Below are positions 9,877-17,075 of a stretch of 61,786 nt of DNA, piece by piece (within the stretch, counting starts at the first letter, position 1; each line of letters opens with the position of its first letter). Source of the DNA: a bacterium (lineage in GTDB: Bacteria > Hydrothermota > Tepidihabitantia > SM23-42 > JAOAFX01); contig JBNAVN010000008.1 of the NCBI GenBank assembly GCA_049700315.1, positions 1-61,786 of the forward strand, read 5' to 3'. A program made the position numbers and the translations under genes. The notes under the pieces were generated by a model. That model was not told the origin of the DNA and did no database searches. It saw only the letters and a list, made by a program, of their open reading frames with translations.

Positions 9877-10754
9877 TGTTTCGCCTCTTCGGTTTGCTGG
9901 GGTATTGTTTTTGTAATCAATTCTTTACTTTGCCTTAAAATACTCTTGGTCTCTTCTGTGGGAGGTACAAATTTTGCGTACTTGACCATATCTGCATAGT
10001 TAAAAATATTTTTGAATTCATCGCGCAGTGGAGTATTCAGTGTTTTCATACTCTGGACAATTTCGGTTGTGGTCTGTTCAATTGCGGGAAACCCAAATCT
10101 TTCCTCAAGATACCGCTTAAGAATTTCACTTAATGTGTAGTATAATTGTTTTACTATTCTGACAGTTATGAGGTCTTCTGCTGATAATTTTTCAAGGGCA
10201 CTTAATGCCCGCTCCCAGCAGGGAATTTTTTGTTGTTCGGCGATTCTCCTTTGCTTCATTTTCTTCAATAATCTTATTCCCAGAAAGCCAATAATGCCAC
10301 CAGATATTACAATGATCAAAATGATCAAGGGTAATGGATTGGGAAATTCAACCATTTCTTTTATGTCATTTATATCTTTCATATCCTGGGGAAGCACACT
10401 CAGAATTTTTATATCAACTGGGTTGGTCTGGATTGTATCAGTTTTTGAGTCTTCCTTTAAAAGGAATTTCAATGGCGGAAGTTTTAGATCACCGGTATTG
10501 AATGCTGAAATTTGAAAACGATAATTATGTTTTGCAATCCCTTTTTCCTGGATGATTTTATGTTTCTGTCCTATTATTGCAAAAGGCTCAATAGAATCAA
10601 TGAATGGTTCAGAGATATTTTTGTTTGCAGGGATAGAGAGTTCAACGACTATCTCAAATGGGTCTCCAATGGTCAGTTTTTTGTTAATGAATTCCTTTGC
10701 AAGATTTGCCTTCGCCTCAATCTGAGAAAATATAAGCCACAGGAAAATAATCAT
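9873..10754 (-). CDS. Bat-operon associated membrane protein (BatD-like N-domain, single TM)
   Basis: Probable start at MIIFLWL (10754). DINDIK linker, TM helix, YLEERFGFPAIEQTTTE and ADMVKYAK typical of the gene between DUF58 and batA. Confidence 0.75.
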   Translation of the reverse strand: MIIFLWLIFSQIEAKANLAKEFINKKLTIGDPFEIVVELSIPANKNISEPFIDSIEPFAIIGQKHKIIQEKGIAKHNYRFQISAFNTGDLKLPPLKFLLKEDSKTDTIQTNPVDIKILSVLPQDMKDINDIKEMVEFPNPLPLIILIIVISGGIIGFLGIRLLKKMKQRRIAEQQKIPCWERALSALEKLSAEDLITVRIVKQLYYTLSEILKRYLEERFGFPAIEQTTTEIVQSMKTLNTPLRDEFKNIFNYADMVKYAKFVPPTEETKSILRQSKELITKTIPQQTEEAKQ

Positions 10755-10829
10755 AAGCTCAAATACTCCCCTTTTTACCCCTATTCGCGCTTTTTCTCCC
10801 TTCTTCACCCCTTATTACCCTGATTTTAC

Positions 10830-11723
10830 TCATCTATAGCGCCTTGCTCTTTCTTCAAAGAACTTGTGAAGTTTCAGTGTGAAATCTTCTTCGGTACTCA
10901 AGCGGATGCAATCAATGCCAAGTGATTTTATTAAATGCACTTGTTCACTTGCCCTTGTCACGGACTGTTTCCGGTATTCTTCTATCATTTTGCGGTCATG
11001 AGTATTTACCATTATCGTTTCACCAGTTTCAGCATCTTCAAATTCTACAAGCCCGAGATTCGGCAGTTCCATCTCTCTGGGGTCTGATATTTTTATTACT
11101 ACAAGGTCGTGTTTCTTTGATACAACGCCCAGGGGAATACGAATCTTCTCAGATTCAAATCCTTCACCTATGAAATCGCTTATGAAAAATACTATTGCTC
11201 TATGTCTTAAGATATGCATTAAAAATTCAATTGCCTGAATCGGGTTGGTGCCTTTGTGCTGGGGCTGGAAATATAGAATATCGCGAATCAGACGCAGGAC
11301 ATGGAATCTTCCCTTTTTGGGTGGAATATATTTTTCCACACGGTCGGTGAAGAATAGTAGTCCAACTTTGTCATTGTTGCGCACTGCTGAGAATGCCAAA
11401 GTAGCAGCGATTGTTGCTGCTTGCTCAATCTTCAGTTGATTCTTTGTTCCAAAATGACTTGATCCTGAGGCGTCAACAGATAATATAACAGTGAGTTCGC
11501 GTTCTTCAACAAATTTCTTCACATAGGGTCTTCCCATTCTTGCCGTAACCTTCCAATCAATTGAACGGACATCGTCTCCTGGCAGATACTCACGCACATC
11601 AACGAATTCTATTCCGGTTCCTTTGAACGAAGACTTGTATTCACCCGCAAATGTGGTATTTACAAGTTTCTTTGTCCTGATTTCAATCTCACGAATCTTC
11701 TTTATGAACTCCGGGGATATCAT
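10830..11723 (-). CDS. DUF58 domain protein
   Basis: FKGTGIEFVDVREYLPGDDVRSIDWKVTAR...VKKFVEERE signature, downstream of MoxR. Confidence 0.92.
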   Translation of the reverse strand: MISPEFIKKIREIEIRTKKLVNTTFAGEYKSSFKGTGIEFVDVREYLPGDDVRSIDWKVTARMGRPYVKKFVEERELTVILSVDASGSSHFGTKNQLKIEQAATIAATLAFSAVRNNDKVGLLFFTDRVEKYIPPKKGRFHVLRLIRDILYFQPQHKGTNPIQAIEFLMHILRHRAIVFFISDFIGEGFESEKIRIPLGVVSKKHDLVVIKISDPREMELPNLGLVEFEDAETGETIMVNTHDRKMIEEYRKQSVTRASEQVHLIKSLGIDCIRLSTEEDFTLKLHKFFEERARRYR

Positions 11724-11833
11724 ACTACAAAACGAGTATTCTATAATTGGTAGGGCACTTAATGTTGTGCAAATTAGGACAGTCTGTAATATTGGAATTT
11801 AGACTTTTGAATTTGGTTCGTAATTTCATTTGG

Positions 11834-12829
11834 TTATGGAACTTCAACACCCGCAAGGATTTTTTGGACAATATCATCGGTTGTAATCTCCTCTGCCTCG
11901 GCTTCATAGGTGAGGATGATGCGGTGTCTTAAGACATCAGGTGCAAGTTCTTTTATGTCCTCGGGAATGACAAAACCCCTTCTTTTCAAGAATGCCATTG
12001 CCCTTGCTGTTGTCGTCAAATATATTGATGCCCTTGGAGAGGCACCATAACGAATCATCCCTTTCAGTTCATTCAGATTGTATTTTTCAGGTTCCCTTGT
12101 TGCAAAAACCAGGTCAACGATATAATCTTTTATCTTTTTATCAATGTAAATCTTTTTGCACAATTCCCTTGCCTTTATTATGGTTGCCGGGTCAACGACC
12201 GGTTTTATCTCTGGTTCGCCACTCACTGCTATCCGTTCAATGATATCTTTTTCTTCTTCTTTTGAAGGGTAGGTGATTTTTACTTTTAATAAAAATCTAT
12301 CTACCTGTGCCTCGGGCAGGGGATAGGTTCCTTCCTGTTCTATTGGGTTCTGGGTTGCCAGAACTAAGAATGGGTCATCAAGTTTGAATGTCTCTTCGCC
12401 GATGGTGACCTGTCTTTCCTGCATAGCCTCAAGTAAAGCGCTCTGAACTTTCGGAGGTGTCCGGTTGATTTCATCAGCAAGGATTAAATTAGCAAAGATC
12501 GGACCTTTACTCACAGTAAATTCACCGGTCCTTTGATTATAAATCAGGGTTCCTGTGATATCTGCAGGTAGCAGATCAGGGGTGAATTGAATCCTCTGGA
12601 ATTTTGCCTTTATTGCCTTTCCAAGTGTCCGCACTGCGTAGGTTTTGGCAAGTCCCGGCACACCCTCTATTAGAATATGTCCATTTGCTAATAGCCCTAT
12701 CAACAACCTGTTTATTAAGTAATTCTGTCCCACTATTGCCTTATTTATTTCTACCGTTAGTGCCTGCACAAAAAGGCTTTCTTTTTCTATTTCTTCATTT
12801 ATTTTTTTTATGTCATCCTTGATTTCCAT
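11834..12829 (-). CDS. moxR: MoxR family AAA+ ATPase
   Basis: HILIEGVPGLAKT, RIQFTPDLLPAD, LADEINR, ATQNPIEQEGTYPLPEAQVDRF, GASPRA. Confidence 0.95.
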   Translation of the reverse strand: MEIKDDIKKINEEIEKESLFVQALTVEINKAIVGQNYLINRLLIGLLANGHILIEGVPGLAKTYAVRTLGKAIKAKFQRIQFTPDLLPADITGTLIYNQRTGEFTVSKGPIFANLILADEINRTPPKVQSALLEAMQERQVTIGEETFKLDDPFLVLATQNPIEQEGTYPLPEAQVDRFLLKVKITYPSKEEEKDIIERIAVSGEPEIKPVVDPATIIKARELCKKIYIDKKIKDYIVDLVFATREPEKYNLNELKGMIRYGASPRASIYLTTTARAMAFLKRRGFVIPEDIKELAPDVLRHRIILTYEAEAEEITTDDIVQKILAGVEVP

Positions 12830-12954
12830 AAGAAAACCCCCTTATTGAAAATTAAAAGCAAATTTTTTTAGCATTAAAGTGAAAAAACTTGCTATTTAGG
12901 ATTTTTCATACTATATATATGACATTTAACCTAACTAAAGGTTTATTAAAATGG

Positions 12955-12988
12955 AAAAGGCGGATGCCTGTGAAAGCACCCGCCTTTT
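12955..12988. terminator. intrinsic terminator downstream of the selenoprotein gene (symmetric A/T tracts)
   Basis: AAAAGGCGG-ATGC...GCAC-CCGCCTTTT hairpin 15 nt past the 13004 stop codon. Confidence 0.75.
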
Positions 12989-13003
12989 ATGGAGGATAAG
13001 ATG

Positions 13004-14068
13004 CTACTTTGTCACTATCTTACCGGATTTCTCTATATCAGGACTTATGAATCTATAAAAGTAAACACCAGAAACGACCTTTTTCCCTGCATCATCTTTC
13101 AAATCCCATTCAATCCTTTCTTTATCACCTGTTGCATAACCTTTTATCATCCGTATCTTCCTGCCTGTGACATCAAAGATATTTATTTCATAGAAATTTC
13201 CTTTTTCCAATCTAAATGTAAACTTTGTCCTATCAACACAGGGATTTGGTATGGGTGTAATATTATGCAGAATTGGATTTTGAGAAATATCTTCTTCAAC
13301 TGCGGTTAACTGGGATACCTTTATAAGTCCACCCTGCCAGACATCCCTTGTTGAGTCTGATAGCAAAACCGTGCTTTGAATCCAGGTGACAATCTCACAA
13401 CGATTCGCATTCCAGCCTGATTGCACAGTGAAATTTCTGCTTACGGTGATTGATTCGCCAGGAGCAAGTGTCACAGGTGTTCCACTTGTGTCGGGCAGAT
13501 AATCCCTTGCAACATGATTATGCCAGTTATCACCATTTGGAGCAGCATAATACAAACTATCTTCAGTCAAGACAAACCGAATCCTGCCGGTAACACTTGC
13601 GGTTGAATCATTGCGGAATTTTGCATAAACGGTTCCGCTTCCCCTTTGCAGCGAATATGTTCCCCACATTGTGCAGGTAAATGGTGCAGGTCTGTTCATT
13701 TCTGTGACAATTTTTGATTCCCAGGTTGAATAGGTATAACTTCCGTGTGGGTCTCCATCATACCAGAGCCAGGGAGTTGCATAATACCATGTACCTCCAT
13801 AATAATATGGTGGTGGGTAAAAACGCCATCTTTGATATGATTCTGCGCTATATAATGGGTAACTTGAGTTTATGTGGTTTTCTATCACCGCAACCCTTCC
13901 AGGATAATTTATTGCAATCTGCGCCAGTGTCCCACTGGCTGGATTACAGGAGCTTCAGCCTTCTGAATAGAACTCTTCACAGACCACGACCCTCAAGGCA
14001 GCAGAGCCAAGACTTACGAGTCCAAGTTCCATAAGCAAGCCCAAGATTAGGTATTTTTTTTGGATCAT
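13004..14068 (-). CDS. exported Omp28-like thioredoxin-fold selenoprotein (UxxC) with T9SS/FlgD-Ig-type CTD, 354 aa, Sec at residue 38
   Basis: ATG 14068 with AAGGGGG RBS reads MIQKKYLILGLLMELGLVSLGSAALRVVVCEEFYSEG-UGA-SSCNPASGTLAQIAINYPGRVAV and joins the 13004..13888 ORF in frame. Omp28-like motifs ATPWLWYDG and HNHVARD, CTD PNP...GVYFYR. SECIS follows the UGA. Confidence 0.88.
13913..13948 (-). promoter_or_regulatory. bacterial SECIS element
   Basis: Starts 6 nt after the UGA: lower stem UGUAAUC/GAUUGCA, internal loop CA/GCA, upper stem GCCAGUG/CACUGGC, G-containing apical loop GGA. Confidence 0.82.
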
Positions 14069-14088
14069 ATTACCCCCTTTTATTATAT

Positions 14089-14116
14089 ATTTTAATCATT
14101 TTTTTAAAAAAGTCAA
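14089..14116 (-). promoter_or_regulatory. promoter of the selenoprotein gene
   Basis: Minus strand TTGACT-16 bp-TAAAAT, 20 nt upstream of ATG 14068. Supports that start. Confidence 0.7.
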
Positions 14117-14119
14117 GAC

Positions 14120-14599
14120 CTATTTTGCAAAGATTTTTTTTGTCAATCTTGCTATCTTATGTCCATATAGTTCGCAACTGGTGATGACCTTTTTATCGGG
14201 TTTTTCAATTGAGACAGGACCATAATGGTATGAACCAGATTCACCCATTATTATCATCCCATGGATCAAAAATGCCTCAAGGATACTCAATATTGTTGTT
14301 TCTCCACCACCTGCAATACCACCACTTGATGTGAATGCACCACCGACTTTGCCTGATAATCTGCCATGGTATTTTACTGTTTCATCAATGAATTTTTTCA
14401 TCTCTCCTGCCATCAATCCATAATAGGTTGGTGAGCCAAGGATTATCAATTCATAATTCAACAGGTCCTTTGGTTTTATTCTCTTCAATGGAAAAAGGTC
14501 AACGACCAAACCTTCTTTTTTTATACCACGGGCAATCGCCTTTGCCATCATTTTTGTATTGCCCGTGTGCGAATAATAAGCGACCAATGCCTTTATCAT
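14120..14599 (-). CDS. flavodoxin / WrbA-like FMN-binding oxidoreductase
   Basis: YYSHTGNTKMMA, LGSPTYYG, KVGGAFTSSGGIAGGGET. Start at MIKAL (14599) behind a GAGGAGG RBS. Confidence 0.88.
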   Translation of the reverse strand: MIKALVAYYSHTGNTKMMAKAIARGIKKEGLVVDLFPLKRIKPKDLLNYELIILGSPTYYGLMAGEMKKFIDETVKYHGRLSGKVGGAFTSSGGIAGGGETTILSILEAFLIHGMIIMGESGSYHYGPVSIEKPDKKVITSCELYGHKIARLTKKIFAK

Positions 14600-14629
14600 T
14601 TTACCTCCTCTCATTAGAAATTAACTAAA

Positions 14630-14651
14630 GCCCAATGAACTGGGCGAATAC
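14630..14651 (-). repeat. degenerate REP-like palindrome (same family as the copy inside cmk)
   Basis: Minus strand GTATTC-GCCCAGTTCATTGGGC versus GTAGTT-GCCCAATTCATTGGGC at 25568-25590. Confidence 0.6.
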
Positions 14652-14655
14652 AGTC

Positions 14656-15408
14656 TTAAAAATGAAAAATAAGAAAGATAACACTTATAATCAAACAATA
14701 AAAGCCAAAGAGATAGAACCATTTTTGGATTGAGACACGCAGAATTTTTAAGGCGATATAGCCAGAGACTAAACTTATCAGCATTCCAATGAGAATTTCC
14801 GCAGTATTTGGAAGATTCGTTATTTCTTTTAATTCAAGGATATTGGCACCGAATACTGCGGGTAAAGATAATAAAAAGGAAAAGCGGAAAGATTCTTCAG
14901 GCTTAACTCTTGCATATAGACCTGCAGAGATTGTAAGTCCTGAGCGGGATAAACCAGGAAAGACTGCAAACATCTGGGCAATACCAACTAATAATGCCTT
15001 TAATGGAGAAATTGTTTTTTCACCTTTTGAAACAATCGTTGTGAGCAAAAGGATTGTACCTGTCAATCCAAGGAATATCAGTATTATTTTTGTTTCTGTG
15101 AATGCATTCTCAATCATATCTTTGAATAGGACAGCAAAAATAACAATTGGTATATTGCCAATGATTATATTTGCTACATATCTTATTGATGTTGAATCTT
15201 TTTTAAATAATCCTGCAATAATCTGATATAAATCCTTTCTAAAGAATAAAATCGTTGCAAGGAGTGTACCAAAATGCAAAAATGCAGTAAATGCGACCTG
15301 TTCTTTGATTCCCATAAGATTTTCAATTATTGCCAGATGTCCGGAACTTGAAATCGGTAAAAATTCAGTCAGTCCCTGGACTATACCTAATAAAATAATT
15401 TTTATCAT
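14656..15408 (-). CDS. uppP: undecaprenyl-diphosphate phosphatase
   Basis: GIVQGLTEFLPISSSGHL, LHFGTL, FPGLSRSGLT, FSFLLSLP. Confidence 0.95.
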   Translation of the reverse strand: MIKIILLGIVQGLTEFLPISSSGHLAIIENLMGIKEQVAFTAFLHFGTLLATILFFRKDLYQIIAGLFKKDSTSIRYVANIIIGNIPIVIFAVLFKDMIENAFTETKIILIFLGLTGTILLLTTIVSKGEKTISPLKALLVGIAQMFAVFPGLSRSGLTISAGLYARVKPEESFRFSFLLSLPAVFGANILELKEITNLPNTAEILIGMLISLVSGYIALKILRVSIQKWFYLFGFYCLIISVIFLIFHF

Positions 15409-16199
15409 CCTGCTATGAATCCTGCAAGTCCAACCAGCATAATTATCTTTAGAAGATTGCTCGCAAGATTATTGTTGTGAATTTTTGCAATTGTGAAGAT
15501 AATCAATGGGATTGCGATTAAAAGAATTATAAGAAGATATCTTAAATTCAAAAAACCGAGTGCATAAGGTAAGGGTGATAAACATAAGAGAATGATAAGA
15601 AAAATAATGGCAATATTCCTTGCTCTTTCTTCACCGTAGATTATGGGAAGTGATAATACTTTAAATTTGTGGTCGCCATTTATGTCCATAATATCTTTGA
15701 TGATTTCCCTGGGTGTATGTATCAATAAGGCGAAAAATGCAGGGAGCAAAGAAAGGATATTATCAGTTATAAATCCGCCAAAGACAAAACTCAGTCCGGC
15801 AATGATTGCGACAACAAAATTTGCCAGTGGTGTTTTTTTGAAGTATAGTGAATAAAAGAAAAGGAGGAGGATGGTGATGATGACAAGAAGGAAAGGCTTC
15901 AATCCGAGGAAGAATGAAATCATCAATGAAACAATGACAAAAAAAATTGCCATAAATATTGCATTAATCTTTTTCACAGTACCTGATACAAGGGGTCTTT
16001 CTGGATTATTTACACGGTCAATTTCAATATCCATTATGTCATTTATTATATTGCCGTAAGCACAGACGAGAAATCCGACAACCCCAGCAAGGAGGATTTT
16101 ATTATTATATGTTATTCCTTTTGCAACCCAGGCACCGCAAAAGACTGAGACAAAAGTAATAAAGCAATTTATCGGACGGATGATTGATATATATCCCAC
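15405..16199 (-). CDS. UbiA-family prenyltransferase, DGGGP-synthase-like
   Basis: IIRPIN start, NIINDIMDIEIDRVNNPERPLVSG, REIIKDIMDINGD, SLPIIYG. Multi-pass membrane protein. Confidence 0.85.
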   Translation of the reverse strand: MGYISIIRPINCFITFVSVFCGAWVAKGITYNNKILLAGVVGFLVCAYGNIINDIMDIEIDRVNNPERPLVSGTVKKINAIFMAIFFVIVSLMISFFLGLKPFLLVIITILLLFFYSLYFKKTPLANFVVAIIAGLSFVFGGFITDNILSLLPAFFALLIHTPREIIKDIMDINGDHKFKVLSLPIIYGEERARNIAIIFLIILLCLSPLPYALGFLNLRYLLIILLIAIPLIIFTIAKIHNNNLASNLLKIIMLVGLAGFIAG

Positions 16200-16244
16200 G
16201 AATCATTCTACTTGATTTATCGTCCAATGTCAAGGAAATACTAT

Positions 16245-16979
16245 TCATGGTGTTATCGCAGAAACAAGGGAATAGACTTTTTCTGCGCCCGCCTCTTTTA
16301 ATACGCGAGCACATTCTTTTATCGTTGCACCGGTTGTCATTACATCATCAACCAATAATATTTTTTTATCTCTTACTGATACTCCTTTTTTCGTCTTGAA
16401 GGCATCTTTCACATTGTCCTGTCTTTTTCTATGGTCAAGACGGGTCTGGGTTTTTGTATTTCTATTTCTGATTAGGGCATTAACAACAGGTATTGAAGTC
16501 TCTTGAAATATTACTTCGGAAAGCAATTCAGCCTGATTATAGGTTCGGCGCATTTTCTTTAACCAGAATAACGGCACCGGACACAGGAAATCAACTTCTT
16601 TAAGAAAATAGTCTGTTTTTAAGACCCCTGCCATACCAAAGCCAAAAAACTTTGCCAGAGTGATTTTGCCACGGTATTTGAGATGATGAATCATTGTGTC
16701 AACCGGCGGCACATACAGCGCAAATGTCCGACCATAATCAAGATACTTTTCATATCTGCAAAATGCGCAGGTCTTTGTTTTGTCAATCGGTCTTCCACAG
16801 TGTGGACAGAATGGTGGACGGGTGTATATGACAAGGTTAAAACAATCGTTGCAAACAAGCCCCTGGCTGATCTCTTTTCCACACACAATACAGGTGCAGG
16901 GTAGGACAAAATCCATAAAGTACGAAAAGGGCAATGAGACGATTGATTTTATGGATTTTATCAGTTCAGAGTTTTTCAT
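16245..16979 (-). CDS. comF: ComF family phosphoribosyltransferase-domain protein with double zinc ribbon
   Basis: Four CxxC pairs, LKYRG, PVPL...RTYNQA, LLVDDVMTTGAT. Confidence 0.9.
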   Translation of the reverse strand: MKNSELIKSIKSIVSLPFSYFMDFVLPCTCIVCGKEISQGLVCNDCFNLVIYTRPPFCPHCGRPIDKTKTCAFCRYEKYLDYGRTFALYVPPVDTMIHHLKYRGKITLAKFFGFGMAGVLKTDYFLKEVDFLCPVPLFWLKKMRRTYNQAELLSEVIFQETSIPVVNALIRNRNTKTQTRLDHRKRQDNVKDAFKTKKGVSVRDKKILLVDDVMTTGATIKECARVLKEAGAEKVYSLVSAITP

Positions 16980-17041
16980 ATAGATTTATTGCTATAGATT
17001 ATGCAAGGAATTCGTGATGTCAAGACTGTTTTCATGCCCTA

Positions 17042-17069
17042 TTGATTTTTCCTTTTGAAATACTATAAT
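17042..17069 (+). promoter_or_regulatory. promoter of addB-addA, probably leaderless
   Basis: TTGATT-16 bp-TATAAT, 6 nt before ATG 17076. Confidence 0.6.
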
Positions 17070-17075
17070 ATCCTG

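Noticed and set aside
11724-11833. Small ORFs or structured RNA between moxR and DUF58
   Set aside because: The ORFs overlap neighbouring genes and only weak decayed repeat-like sequence is visible, so nothing is supportable.
13955-13957. TGA read as Trp or Gly under an alternative genetic code, or as a pseudogene stop
   Set aside because: TGA is an ordinary stop elsewhere (pilT, nrdJ, amrB, larB, ftsE, xerD). The codon sits at a CxxC Cys position, has a SECIS behind it, and the selABC genes are present.
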